A stretch of DNA of 64,000 nt from Acidobacteriota bacterium (GCA_024641665.1 JAHECP010000010.1:3941-67940); one strand, 5' to 3'. Shown: positions 40,854 through 50,678, numbered from the stretch's first letter. Made by a program: numbers and translations. The notes: generated from the letters alone by a model not told the origin.

Positions 40854-42332
40854 ATGACCGCCAAGAAGCCCGTGCTCGACGGCGACGTCGTCGAGGAGAC
40901 GTCGGTCGAGTCGTTCCCGGCGGCCGCCGCGCCGACGCGTCTCGAGCGCGACACGATGGGTCAGGTGGAGGTGCCGGCCGACCGTTACTGGGGTGCGCAG
41001 ACCCAGCGCGCGATCGCCCACTTCCGCATCGGCACCGAGCGCTTTCCCCGGGAGTTCATCCGCGCGCTGGGCCTGGTGAAGCGCGCCTGCGCCACGGTCA
41101 ACCAGGAACTGGGCCTGCTCGACGCAGCCCAAGCGGCCGCCATCGTCCGCGCGGCCGACGAGGTGGCCGGCGGCGTGCTCGACGCCGAGTTCCCGCTGGC
41201 GATCTGGCAATCGGGCAGCGGCACCCAGACCAACATGAACGCCAACGAGGTGATTGCGAACCGCGCGATCGAGATCCTCGGCGGCGCGCGCGGGTCGAAG
41301 ACGCCGGTCCACCCCAATGACGACGTGAACCGGAGCCAGTCGTCGAACGACGTGATCCCGACCGCCATGCACGTGGCGGCCGTGGAGCAGATCGAGACGC
41401 GGCTCGTGCCGGCGGTCCGCCGCCTGCGCGCCACGCTCGCGGCGAAGTCCGAGACCTGGCGTGACGTCGTGAAGATCGGGCGGACGCACCTGCAGGACGC
41501 CGTGCCGATCACACTCGGCCAGGAGATCTCGGGCTGGGTGAGCCAGCTCGATCATGCGATCGCGCACGTCGAGGGCGCGCTGCCGCACCTGCTCGAGCTC
41601 GCGATTGGCGGCACGGCGGTCGGCACCGGGTTGAACGCGCCGCCCGGTTTCGGCGTGCGCGTGACGCGGCGGCTGCGCGAGCTGACCGGCCAGCCGTTCG
41701 TCCCCGCGGAGAACGCGTTCGAGGCGCTGTCGGCGCACGACGCGCTGGTCGCCGCGCACAGCGCCCTGCGGGGGCTCGCCGCGGCGCTCCTGAAGATCGC
41801 CAACGACGTGCGCTGGCTCGCCTCGGGGCCCCGCGCCGGCCTCGGCGAGCTGGTCCTGCCCGGAAACGAGCCGGGCAGCTCCATCATGCCGGGCAAGGTG
41901 AACCCCACCCAGTGCGAGGCGCTGACCATGGTGGCGGCGCAGGTGCTGGGCAACGACACCGCGGTGGGCGTGGCCGGCGCGTCGGGGAGCTTCCAGCTCA
42001 ACACCTACAAGCCGCTCATCATCCACCTCGTGCTGCAGTCGGTGCGGCTGCTGGCCGACGCCGTCGACTCGTTCGACCGCCATGCCGCGCAGGGGCTCCA
42101 GCCCGACCTCGCCCGCATCGGCGAGCACCTGTCGCGCTCGCTGATGCTCGTGACCGCGCTCGTCCCGCGGCTCGGCTACGACCGCGCCGCGGCCATCGCC
42201 ATGAAGGCGCACCGGGAGGGTCTGACCCTCAAGGCGGCCGCGGTCGGTCTCGGCGCGTTGACCGCCGACGAGTTCGACGCGATCGTGCGGCCAGAGGCGA
42301 TGACGGGGAGCGAGACGGGTCCGGACGCATGA
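40854..42332 (+). CDS. fumC: class II fumarate hydratase
   Basis: 492 aa with the signature [28 protein letters not shown]. Confidence 0.95.
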   Translation: MTAKKPVLDGDVVEETSVESFPAAAAPTRLERDTMGQVEVPADRYWGAQTQRAIAHFRIGTERFPREFIRALGLVKRACATVNQELGLLDAAQAAAIVRAADEVAGGVLDAEFPLAIWQSGSGTQTNMNANEVIANRAIEILGGARGSKTPVHPNDDVNRSQSSNDVIPTAMHVAAVEQIETRLVPAVRRLRATLAAKSETWRDVVKIGRTHLQDAVPITLGQEISGWVSQLDHAIAHVEGALPHLLELAIGGTAVGTGLNAPPGFGVRVTRRLRELTGQPFVPAENAFEALSAHDALVAAHSALRGLAAALLKIANDVRWLASGPRAGLGELVLPGNEPGSSIMPGKVNPTQCEALTMVAAQVLGNDTAVGVAGASGSFQLNTYKPLIIHLVLQSVRLLADAVDSFDRHAAQGLQPDLARIGEHLSRSLMLVTALVPRLGYDRAAAIAMKAHREGLTLKAAAVGLGALTADEFDAIVRPEAMTGSETGPDA

Positions 42333-43034
42333 GCGAGGCCCGCCCGCGGACGCGACAGGGCGTGCTCGGCGCGATGGCCAGCGCGCTCGGCGCCGACCCC
42401 CGGCGCATCCTCGACGCGATCGCGCTCGGCGTCGTCGGCGCCCTCGGGGCGCGCGTCTTCGTGGTCCTGCTCGACTGGGCGAGCGCGTTCTTCCTCGGCT
42501 GGTGGGCCGGCTACCGCGCGCCGGGACTGCCGAGCGAGGGCGACGCGTCGGCCTGCTGGCGCTCCGGGTGCCGCAGGTGCTCGGCGGCGGCTACGGCTGG
42601 ATCCAGCAGGCGATCGGCGGCGAGATCGCGTTCGGCCTGCTCGTGACGCTGATCTTCGCGAAGATGGCCGCCTTCGCCCTGACCGTGGGATCGGGCGGAT
42701 CGGGCGGCGTGTTCGCGCCGAGCCTCTTCGTCGGGGCGATGCTCGGCGGGAGCGTCGCGCACCTGGTGGGCGGGCCGGCGGCCGGGCTCGTCGTGGTGGT
42801 CGGGTGCTGCGGGACGAAGGCCCGTTCGCAGGCCGGCGGCTCGAGTCGTGTCCCGAGCTGGCGGCGGACGAGCACGTCGAGGTGGTGGCCGTGCTCCGCG
42901 CGGGCGAGACGCGGCTGGCGGGCCGGGGCGTCGTCCTGCGGCGGCGCGACCGGCTCGTCGCGGTGGTGACGCCCGAGGGGCGGGCGCGCCTCGCGCCGCA
43001 CTTCATTGCGCCGAAGCCGGTTCCCGCCCCTTGA
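42329..43034 (+). pseudogene. remnant of a ClC-type chloride channel with a TrkA-C (RCK C-terminal) domain; read in three frames
   Basis: The ATG overlaps the fumC stop as ATGA. Frame a gives an N-terminal helix (ILDAIALGVVGALGARVFVVLLDWASAFFLG). Frame b gives PQVLGGGYGWIQQAIGG...KMAAFALTVGSGGSGGVFAPSLFVGAMLGG, the ClC selectivity-region motif. Frame c gives a TrkA-C-like stretch (FAGRRLESCPELAADEHVEVVAVLRAGETR...RDRLVAVVTPEG). The total is about 235 codons, versus several hundred for an intact channel. Confidence 0.5.
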
Positions 43035-43108
43035 CACGAACGGCTGAGCTTCCTATCTTTGAGTACACACACCGTTACGTCGTGGTTTGGAGCCTCGGAG
43101 GGAATCGC

Positions 43109-43444
43109 ATGTCGCCAGGGACGCTTGTGTCACCCTTGGCCGATCCCACGAGCCGGCAGCCGGACGTCTCGTCGACATCCACGCCCGGGGGTTCGCGCCC
43201 GGGCCGTTCGTCTCGTCTCGCATCGTCTCAAGCCGGGATCGCGCCATCCGACGAATACCTGCTGCGCCGCATCCGCGGCGAGTTCCACGAGATGCCCGGA
43301 TTGCACCTCACGCTGGGGCAGGCGGCCCGTCTGTTCGGTCTGCGGGAGGACGCGTGCCGGGCCGCGCTCGGCGCGCTCACGGGCGAAGGCTTCCTCGCTC
43401 GCACGCCCGCGGGGTCCTTCCACCGGAACGACACGCTGCCGTAA
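43109..43444 (+). CDS. hypothetical small protein, possible winged-helix DNA-binding fold
   Basis: ATG at 43109 follows GGAGGG. Disordered Ser/Pro-rich N-terminus, then EYLLRRIRGEFHEMPGLHLTLGQAARLFGLREDACRAALGALTGEGFLART. Confidence 0.5.
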   Translation: MSPGTLVSPLADPTSRQPDVSSTSTPGGSRPGRSSRLASSQAGIAPSDEYLLRRIRGEFHEMPGLHLTLGQAARLFGLREDACRAALGALTGEGFLARTPAGSFHRNDTLP

Positions 43445-43446
43445 GT

Positions 43447-43516
43447 GAGAGAACGGAAAATGGGGTCAGACCCCCTCCCCTTTTTCGTCGGGGTCTGACC
43501 CCGTTTTCCGTTCTCT
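43447..43516. repeat. 26-bp-stem hairpin (GAGAACGGAAAATGGGGTCAGACCCC / GGGGTCTGACCCCGTTTTCCGTTCTC), possible terminator or REP
   Basis: Starts 3 nt after the stop at 43442-43444. One mismatch in 26 bp, 15-nt loop. The arm tip GGGGTCAGACCCC is itself palindromic. No U-tract. Confidence 0.7.
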
Positions 43517-43540
43517 TTCCGCTCTGGCCTCGTCCGTCCC

Positions 43541-43556
43541 TGTCTGATATCAGACA
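43541..43556. promoter_or_regulatory. 16-bp perfect palindrome TGTCTGATATCAGACA (operator/UAS-like)
   Basis: Read directly. Lies about 100 nt upstream of the sigma-54-like element at 43649 and 124 nt upstream of the first gene of the efflux cluster. Confidence 0.4.
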
Positions 43557-43648
43557 CTCGCCGCACGGAAAGCCACACTTGCCGCGCCCCAGTCCGCCGG
43601 AAGCCGCTGTGTCACCAGCCATTTGGCGGTGCGGCGCGCCGGATCGTC

Positions 43649-43664
43649 TGGCACGAATGGTGCT
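43649..43664 (+). promoter_or_regulatory. sigma-54-like -24/-12 element TGGCACG-N4-GTGCT
   Basis: TGGCACGAATGGTGCT has a perfect -24 half and NTGC at -12. Caveat: it ends only 16 nt before the ATG at 43680, which would give an almost leaderless transcript. Confidence 0.35.
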
Positions 43665-43679
43665 CAACGGAATCGGGTG

Positions 43680-44027
43680 ATGACGCGGTCGCTGGCTCTC
43701 CGGATCGTGGCGCTCCTGGCAGTCCTGGCGGTGGGGGCGTCGGTCGTCACGCCCGCCTTTGCGGAGGTGACGGCCCGCCAACCGTGCGCGCCGGGTCCTG
43801 ACGGCTGCCCGCGCTCATCGGTGCTCGCCTCGTGCTGCTGCGGTCAGGGGAGCCCGGCGGTACCGGGGGCGCAGCTCCAGCCGGCCGGCGCGGTCCCGTC
43901 ATGGGCCCTCTCGCGTGGGCCCCTCGGGGTGGCGGCCACGCCGGGTTTGACGGCGCCCGCCCTCACGCCGCGACACGGACACCTGTCCGCCGATCTCACG
44001 ACCCTCTTATCCACCCTCCTGATCTAG
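43680..44027 (+). CDS. small secreted Cys-containing protein (hypothetical) heading the RND efflux cluster
   Basis: Signal peptide MTRSLALRIVALLAVLAVGASVVTPAFA, then CAPGPDGCPRSSVLASCCCGQG. Confidence 0.55.
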   Translation: MTRSLALRIVALLAVLAVGASVVTPAFAEVTARQPCAPGPDGCPRSSVLASCCCGQGSPAVPGAQLQPAGAVPSWALSRGPLGVAATPGLTAPALTPRHGHLSADLTTLLSTLLI

Positions 44028-44169
44028 GCCAAACGGCTTGCCGGGAGGCGCTCGCGCGGCGGGAACGACCGCGCGCGTCCCGAGTCTCCGTGCCGGCGCG
44101 GGCCCGGTGCACGTCCGCCGTCCCGCCGCCGAGCCGGGGCACGAACCACGCATTAACGAGAGCGAAGAG

Positions 44170-45504
44170 ATGAAGCACGTGAAGGTTCTGCACATCGTGG
44201 GGCTGGTCATGGTCCTGGCCGCGACCTCCGTCGCGCGTGGGCGCGCGCAGGAGGTCCCGCCGCCGGACCAACCCGAGTACTTCGCGGCCGAGCCGGCACT
44301 GCGGGCGCTGGTGGCGCGCGCGCTGGACGCGAACCCCGGTCTCAAGGAGGCGGAGCTGCGCTATCGCGCCACGCTCGAGCAGGTGCCGCAGGTCACGGCG
44401 CTGCCGGACCCGATGGTGACCTTCACGCAGGCGATCCGGAGCGTCGAGACCCGAGTGGGCCCGCAGCAGAACGCCGTGATGCTCAGCCAGGCGTTCCCGT
44501 GGTTCGGCAAGCTCGACCTGAAGGGGCAGATGGCGGTGAAGGCCGCGGCGGCGGCGTCCGAGGCGTACGCCGCGAAGCAGCGTGACGTCATTGCGCAGGT
44601 GAAGGCGGCCTTCTACGGCCTGGCCTACGTGGATGCGGCGGTCGGCATTGCCGAAGAAGAGCAGTCGCTGCTCGCGCACTACGAGCGTCTCGCCGAAGAC
44701 CGCTACGCCAGCGGCCAGGGGCTGCAGCAGGCGGTGATCAAGATTCAGGCGGAGCTCACGAGGATCATGAACCGGCTGCTGATGCTGCGCGAGCAGCGCG
44801 CGTCGCTGGCGGCGCACCTGAACACGCTCGTCGACGCCCCGCCCGACGCGGCGGTGCCTCCGGTCCGTACGGCCGCGCCGCCGATCGACGTGGCGTCCTC
44901 GCTCGACCAGGGCGCGCTGTACGCGCTCGGCGAGGCCAACCGGCACGAGATCAAGGCCGCCGACGCGCAGGTCGACCGCGACGAACGGGCGGTGGCGCTG
45001 GCCAGGAAGAACTACTGGCCCGACATCGTCCTCTCGGCGGGGTTCGTGAACGTGGGCCACCGGCACGATCCGGCCGGTATCGCGTCGCCGCCGCCCGACA
45101 ACGGCAAGAACGCCCTGACGGTCTCGGTGGGCGTGTCGGTGCCGATCTGGCGGGACAAGCTCAAGGCGGCGGTGCGGCAGGCGACCGACCAGGTGGCCGC
45201 CGGGGAGCAGAGCCGCGCGAAGATCCTCAACGACATCCAGCAGGACGTGCGCGATCAGGTGATCGCGCTTCAGACGCTCGCCGATCAGATCGATCTCTTC
45301 CAGCGCGTGCTGATTCCGCAGGCGCACGAAGCGCAGCGATCCACCGAGGCGGCGTACCAGACCGGCCAGGTCGGCGTGCTCGACCTGCTCGACAGCGAGC
45401 GCGTGCTGTTCGACGTCCGGCTGGTGAACACGAAGCAGCAGTCCGACTACTTGATCGCGCTGGCGCGGCTCGAGCGCGCCGTCGGCACGAAGTTTCCACG
45501 ATAG
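44170..45504 (+). CDS. TolC-family outer-membrane efflux protein
   Basis: ATG 44170 (MKHVKVLHIVGLVMVLAATSVARGRAQE). Two-repeat OEP architecture, ending ...ALARLERAVG. Confidence 0.85.
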   Translation: MKHVKVLHIVGLVMVLAATSVARGRAQEVPPPDQPEYFAAEPALRALVARALDANPGLKEAELRYRATLEQVPQVTALPDPMVTFTQAIRSVETRVGPQQNAVMLSQAFPWFGKLDLKGQMAVKAAAAASEAYAAKQRDVIAQVKAAFYGLAYVDAAVGIAEEEQSLLAHYERLAEDRYASGQGLQQAVIKIQAELTRIMNRLLMLREQRASLAAHLNTLVDAPPDAAVPPVRTAAPPIDVASSLDQGALYALGEANRHEIKAADAQVDRDERAVALARKNYWPDIVLSAGFVNVGHRHDPAGIASPPPDNGKNALTVSVGVSVPIWRDKLKAAVRQATDQVAAGEQSRAKILNDIQQDVRDQVIALQTLADQIDLFQRVLIPQAHEAQRSTEAAYQTGQVGVLDLLDSERVLFDVRLVNTKQQSDYLIALARLERAVGTKFPR

Positions 45505-45516
45505 ACGAGGTCGGGG

Positions 45517-46929
45517 ATGAAGAAGATTCTCGCGTTCCTGTTCGTATTCGCGCTCGGCATCGCGTCGGCGGCGTTCGTGCTCGCGAACCCGTTCGGCTGG
45601 AGCTGGGTGGGCACCGTGCGTGCCCGGCTCGTCCCGCCGGGCACGGGTACCGCCGGCGCGGGGCCGGCGGCGCGGAAGATCAAGTACTGGCGGGCGCCGA
45701 TGGACCCCTCCTACATCAGCGACAAGCCGGGCAAGTCGCCGATGGGCATGGATCTCGTACCGGTCTACGAGGACGAAGACACGGAGACACCGCCCGGGTT
45801 CGTCCAGATCGATCCGTCCTTCGTCCAGACGATCGGCGTCCAGTCGCAGGAGGTGAAGCGGACGGACATTCCGTTCACGATCCGCACGGTCGGCACGCTC
45901 GGCTACGACGACCAGCAGGTTGTTTCGGTGACGACGAAGTACGACGGCTGGATCGAGAAGGTCTACGTCAACTACGTCGGCGAGACGGTGAAGAAGGGGC
46001 AGAGCCTCTTCGAGATCTACAGCCCGCAGCTCGTGACCACCGAGAAGGAGTACCTGCAGGCGATCGCCTACGCGCACGAGCTGGCGAGCCAGTCGTATCC
46101 GGACATTGCCGGGCGCGCGCAGTCGCTCGTCGAGTCGGCGCGCCAGCGCCTGAAGTACTGGGACATCAGCGACGAGCAGATCGCCGCGCTGGAGCGCACG
46201 CGCGAGCCGCTCCGTACGCTGGCCGTCGTCTCACCCGTCAGCGGGGTGATCGTGCAGAAGATGGACCAGGCGCTCGAGGGCATGTTCGTGAAGGCGGGCA
46301 TGAACCTCTACAAGATCGCCGACCTCTCGAGCATCTGGGTGTCTGCGGAGGTCTTCGAGAACCAGGCGCCCTGGCTGCGTGTGGGGCAGCGGGCGACGAT
46401 CGAGCTGGCGTACGATCCCGGGCGCGTCTACACGGGGAGGGTCCGCTACATCTACCCGTACCTGAGCGAGAAGACCCGTACGCTGAAGGTCTCGATCGAG
46501 TTGCCGAATCCCGGGCTGAAGCTCCGCGCGGACATGTACGTCAACGTGACGATGGACGTCCCGTCGGTGCGCAACGTCGTGGCGGTGCCGTCCGACGCCA
46601 TCATCAGATCGGGCACTCGTGACGTCGTCGTGCTGGACCTGGGCGGCGGCAAGTTCCAGGCCCGGGACGTGGAGCTGGGCGTGAGCGGGCAGGGCGTGTC
46701 GGAGGTGAAGCGCGGCCTCGCCGCGGGCGATCGCGTGGTCGTGTCGGCGCAGTTCCTGATCGACTCCGAGAGCAACCTGCGTGAGGCCATTCGCAAGTTG
46801 ACGGGTGGCGGCGAGGCTCCGGGATCGGGACCGGGCGCCACGGACACGACGGACATACAGCGCGGGCCGGACACGGGCGGACCCGCGGCGCCCCGACCCG
46901 GCGCGAGCCAGGACCACCCGCACCGCTGA
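45517..46929 (+). CDS. cusB: heavy-metal efflux RND periplasmic adaptor (CusB-like)
   Basis: 470 aa. YWRAPMDPSYISDKPGKSPMGMDLVPVY is the Met-rich N-terminal segment typical of CusB-type adaptors. HlyD-like barrel follows. Confidence 0.85.
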   Translation: MKKILAFLFVFALGIASAAFVLANPFGWSWVGTVRARLVPPGTGTAGAGPAARKIKYWRAPMDPSYISDKPGKSPMGMDLVPVYEDEDTETPPGFVQIDPSFVQTIGVQSQEVKRTDIPFTIRTVGTLGYDDQQVVSVTTKYDGWIEKVYVNYVGETVKKGQSLFEIYSPQLVTTEKEYLQAIAYAHELASQSYPDIAGRAQSLVESARQRLKYWDISDEQIAALERTREPLRTLAVVSPVSGVIVQKMDQALEGMFVKAGMNLYKIADLSSIWVSAEVFENQAPWLRVGQRATIELAYDPGRVYTGRVRYIYPYLSEKTRTLKVSIELPNPGLKLRADMYVNVTMDVPSVRNVVAVPSDAIIRSGTRDVVVLDLGGGKFQARDVELGVSGQGVSEVKRGLAAGDRVVVSAQFLIDSESNLREAIRKLTGGGEAPGSGPGATDTTDIQRGPDTGGPAAPRPGASQDHPHR

Positions 46930-46937
46930 GGGCCGAC

Positions 46938-49900
46938 ATGCTCGAGAAGATCATCGACTGGTCGCTGCGGAACAAGTTCTTCGTGATCCTCGCGACGCTT
47001 CTCGTGTCGCTGTGGGGCCTCTACGCGCTGCACTCGACGCCGCTCGACGCGATCCCGGATCTCTCCGACGTGCAGGTCATCATCTACACCGAGTACCCGG
47101 GGCAGGCCCCGCAGATCGTCGAGGACCAGGTCACGTATCCCATCACGACACAGATGCTGGCGGTGCCGTACGCCAAGGTGGTGCGCGGCTACTCGTTCTT
47201 CGGCTTCTCGTTCGTCTACGTCATCTTCGAGGACGGCACGGATCTCTACTGGGCGCGCAGCCGGGTGCTGGAGTACCTCAACTACGTGAGCAGCCGCCTG
47301 CCGCGCGGCGTGACGCCCTCGCTGGGTCCCGACGCGACCGGGGTGGGCTGGGCGTTCATGTACGCCCTCAAGTCGAACAAGCGGAACTTGGCCGAGCTCC
47401 GCTCTATTCAGGATTGGTACCTCAAGTACGAGCTGACCTCCGTCCAGGGGGTGTCGGAGGTGGCGAGCATCGGCGGCTTCGTGAAGCAGTACCAGATCAC
47501 CGTCGATCCGAACCGCCTCCGTGCCTACAACATTCCCATCTCGAAGATTCGGGCCGCGGTCCAGCGGAGCAACAGTGAGGTGGGCGGCCGCCTGATCGAG
47601 ATGGCCGAGAGCGAGTTCATGATCCGCGGCGAGGGCTACATCAAGAACGTCCACGACATCGAGAGCATCGCGCTCGGGGTGGACAGCCGCGGCACGCCCA
47701 TCCTCCTGAAGGACGTGGGGACCGTGCAGCTCGGTCCCGAGATGCGCCGCGGTCTGGCGGAGCTGGACGGCCAGGGCGAGGTCGTCGGGGGCATCGTCGT
47801 CGTGCGCTTCGGCGCGAACGCCTACGACGTCATCAGACGGGTGAAGGCGAAGCTCGCGGAGCTCAAGCAGGGGTTGCCAGAGGACGTGCAGATCGTGACC
47901 GTGTACGACCGCTCGGGCCTCATCCAGCGGTCGATCGACACGTTGCGCGAGAAGCTGATCGAGGAGAGCCTCGTCGTGGCGCTGGTGTGCCTGCTGTTCG
48001 TCCTGCACGTGCGATCGGCGCTCGTCGCGATCCTCACGCTGCCCGTGGCCATTCTCATGGCGTTCATCGTCATGTACTACCAGGGGATCAACGCCAACAT
48101 TATGTCGCTCGGCGGCATCGCCATCGCCATAGGCGCGATGGTGGACGCGGCGATCGTCATGATCGAGAACGCGCACAAACACCTGGAACACTACGGCGGC
48201 AAGAAGCCGCACTGGGAGATCATCGCCGACGCCGCCAAGGAGGTCGGGCCCACGCTCTTCTACGCGCTGCTCGTGATCACCGTGTCGTTCGTGCCGGTCT
48301 TCACGCTCGAGGCGCAGGAGGGGCGACTCTTCAAGCCCCTGGCCTTCACGAAGACCTACTCGATGGCGGCCGCTGCGATCCTGTCGGTGACCATCGTGCC
48401 GGTGCTCATGGGCTACTGGATTCGCGGGCGCATCCGCCCGGAGGGCCGCAACCCCATCAGCCGCCTGCTCATTGCGCTCTACCGGCCCGTGCTGTACGGC
48501 GTCCTGCGCTGGCGGTGGGCGATCCTGGGCCTCACGATGGTGGCGTTCGCGTTGACCTGGGTGCCGTATTCCCGGATGGGGTCCGAGTTCATGCCGCCGA
48601 TGTGGGAGGGCGACCTGCTCTACATGCCCACGATGTTCCCCGGCGTGTCGATCACCAAGGCGAGGGAGGTCCTGCAGCAGACCGACCGCATCATCCGGTC
48701 GTTCCCCGAGGTCGAGCGCGTGTTCGGCAAGGTCGGCCGCGCCGACACGGCGACCGATCCGGCGCCGCTCAGCATGATCGAGACGACGATCACCTTGAAA
48801 CCGGAGGACCAGTGGCCGCCGGGCATGACCCCCGAGAAGCTGACGCAGGAGATGAACCAGGCGCTCCAATTCCCGGGGCTCACCAACGCCTGGACGATGC
48901 CGATCAAGACGCGCATCGACATGCTGTCGACCGGCATCAAGACGCCGGTGGGCATCAAGATCGCCGGGCCCGACCTGCAGACGCTCCAGGACCTCGGCCA
49001 GCAGGTCGAAGCCGTGATCCACAACGTGCCCGGGACCCTGTCGGTCTACGCCGAGCGCGTCATGGGCGGCAATTACCTGGACTTCAAGATCCGGCGCGAC
49101 GCCATCGCCCGCTACGGCCTCACCGTCGGTGACGTGCAGGACGTCATCCAGTCGGCCATCGGCGGCATGAACATCACGACCACCGTGGAAGGGCTGGAGC
49201 GCTACCCGGTGAACCTGCGCTACAGCCGCGAGCTGCGCGACACCCTGCCGGCGCTCGCCGACATCCTCGTGCCGACGCCGACGGGCCAGCAGATCCCGCT
49301 CGGCCAGCTCGCCGACCTGTCCACCGTCAAGGGACCGCCGGCCATCAAGACGGAAGGCTCGCGACCGAACGCCTGGATCTACGTGGACATCCAGAACATC
49401 GACGTGGGCACCTACGTGAAGATGGCGCAACGGGCGGTCGCCGAGCAGGTCCACCTCCCGGCGGGCTACAATCTGACGTGGAGCGGGCAGTACGAATACA
49501 TGATGCGAGCCCAGCAGCGGCTCATGTACGTGGTGCCGATGACGCTCGTGATCATCTTCATCATCATCTACGTCAACACCAGCTCGGTGTTCAAGACGCT
49601 GGTGGTGCTGCTGGCCGTGCCGCTGTCGCTCATCGGGGCGTTCTGGCTGCTGTACCTGCTCGGCTACAACACGAGCATCGCCGTGTGGGTCGGCATCATC
49701 GCGCTGGCCGGCGTGAGTGCCGAAACCGGCGTCGTCATGCTGCTCTACCTCGACGGCGCCTTCGAGGAGGCGACGCGCGAAGGCCGCCTGCACTCGAGAG
49801 CCGATCTCGTCGAGGCCGTCTACGACGGCGCGGTCAAACGCGTCCGGCCGGTCATCATGCTCGGCACCGTCATCACCGCGGGCCTGCTGCCGATCATGTG

Positions 49901-50105
49901 GAGCCACGGCACCGGCGCCGACGTCATGAAGCGCATCGCCGCGCCCATGGTCGGCGGCGTCATCACGTCGGTCATCGTCGTCCTGCTCGTCTACCCGGCC
50001 ATCTACTTCGTCTGGCGGGGATGGCGCCTGCCGAAGCTCTCGCCGACGTCCGGCGCCGGGTCGCAGGGCTTGACGGACGAGCACGGAAGCGCGACGGTAG
50101 GGTAA
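46938..50105 (+). CDS. cusA: CusA/CzcA-family heavy-metal efflux RND transporter
   Basis: 1055 aa. DAIPDLSDVQVIIYTEYPGQAPQIVEDQVTYPI, FEDGTDLYWARSRVLEYLN and EGDLLYMPT closely track what I recall of E. coli CusA. Confidence 0.95.
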   Translation: MLEKIIDWSLRNKFFVILATLLVSLWGLYALHSTPLDAIPDLSDVQVIIYTEYPGQAPQIVEDQVTYPITTQMLAVPYAKVVRGYSFFGFSFVYVIFEDGTDLYWARSRVLEYLNYVSSRLPRGVTPSLGPDATGVGWAFMYALKSNKRNLAELRSIQDWYLKYELTSVQGVSEVASIGGFVKQYQITVDPNRLRAYNIPISKIRAAVQRSNSEVGGRLIEMAESEFMIRGEGYIKNVHDIESIALGVDSRGTPILLKDVGTVQLGPEMRRGLAELDGQGEVVGGIVVVRFGANAYDVIRRVKAKLAELKQGLPEDVQIVTVYDRSGLIQRSIDTLREKLIEESLVVALVCLLFVLHVRSALVAILTLPVAILMAFIVMYYQGINANIMSLGGIAIAIGAMVDAAIVMIENAHKHLEHYGGKKPHWEIIADAAKEVGPTLFYALLVITVSFVPVFTLEAQEGRLFKPLAFTKTYSMAAAAILSVTIVPVLMGYWIRGRIRPEGRNPISRLLIALYRPVLYGVLRWRWAILGLTMVAFALTWVPYSRMGSEFMPPMWEGDLLYMPTMFPGVSITKAREVLQQTDRIIRSFPEVERVFGKVGRADTATDPAPLSMIETTITLKPEDQWPPGMTPEKLTQEMNQALQFPGLTNAWTMPIKTRIDMLSTGIKTPVGIKIAGPDLQTLQDLGQQVEAVIHNVPGTLSVYAERVMGGNYLDFKIRRDAIARYGLTVGDVQDVIQSAIGGMNITTTVEGLERYPVNLRYSRELRDTLPALADILVPTPTGQQIPLGQLADLSTVKGPPAIKTEGSRPNAWIYVDIQNIDVGTYVKMAQRAVAEQVHLPAGYNLTWSGQYEYMMRAQQRLMYVVPMTLVIIFIIIYVNTSSVFKTLVVLLAVPLSLIGAFWLLYLLGYNTSIAVWVGIIALAGVSAETGVVMLLYLDGAFEEATREGRLHSRADLVEAVYDGAVKRVRPVIMLGTVITAGLLPIMWSHGTGADVMKRIAAPMVGGVITSVIVVLLVYPAIYFVWRGWRLPKLSPTSGAGSQGLTDEHGSATVG

Positions 50106-50116
50106 GGAGCTGAATC

Positions 50117-50341
50117 ATGTGGAACTACGGCATGCACATGGGCGGCATGTGGGTCTGGTGGCTGCTCATTCTGGCGCTGATCGTCGGGGCCGCCTGGGTC
50201 GTGGGCCGCGCGGCGGCGGGCGGCGGCGGGCGGAACGCCCCGCCCGCCGAGTCCCCGGAGACCATCCTGAAGCAGCGGTACGCCCGCGGCGAGATCGACC
50301 GAGAGGAATACGACCGACGGCTGAGCGACCTCAGGAAATAA
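50117..50341 (+). CDS. SHOCT-domain small membrane protein
   Basis: 74 aa with one TM helix (WVWWLLILALIVGAAWVV) and C-terminal LKQRYARGEIDREEYDRRLSDL. Confidence 0.7.
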   Translation: MWNYGMHMGGMWVWWLLILALIVGAAWVVGRAAAGGGGRNAPPAESPETILKQRYARGEIDREEYDRRLSDLRK

Positions 50342-50351
50342 CAGGTGGACG

Positions 50352-50678
50352 ATGACCTACCGGAAGATTGCGGCGATCATCAGACGCGAGCGCCTGGCCG
50401 ACGTCGAGCGACGCCTGATCGAACTCTGCGTCGGCGGGATCACGGTCACGCCCGTCAAGGGCTTCGGCGAGTACGCCAACTACTTCCGCGGCGACCTGCT
50501 GGTGCCCCACGTGCGCCTGGAGATCTTCACGACCGCCGCGCGCGCGGACGAGATCGTGCAGGCCATTCTGGACGAGGCCTGCACCGAGCGCGCCGGCGAC
50601 GGCATCGTGGCCGTGCAGGCGGTCGAGCGGGTCGTGCGCGTGCGCACGAAGGCGCCGGCGACGGCCGACAGCCTGTAG
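50352..50678 (+). CDS. P-II (GlnB-like) family signal-transduction protein
   Basis: 108 aa. [39 protein letters not shown] aligns with the GlnB N-terminal beta-alpha-beta and T-loop start. The T-loop looks shortened. Confidence 0.75.
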   Translation: MTYRKIAAIIRRERLADVERRLIELCVGGITVTPVKGFGEYANYFRGDLLVPHVRLEIFTTAARADEIVQAILDEACTERAGDGIVAVQAVERVVRVRTKAPATADSL

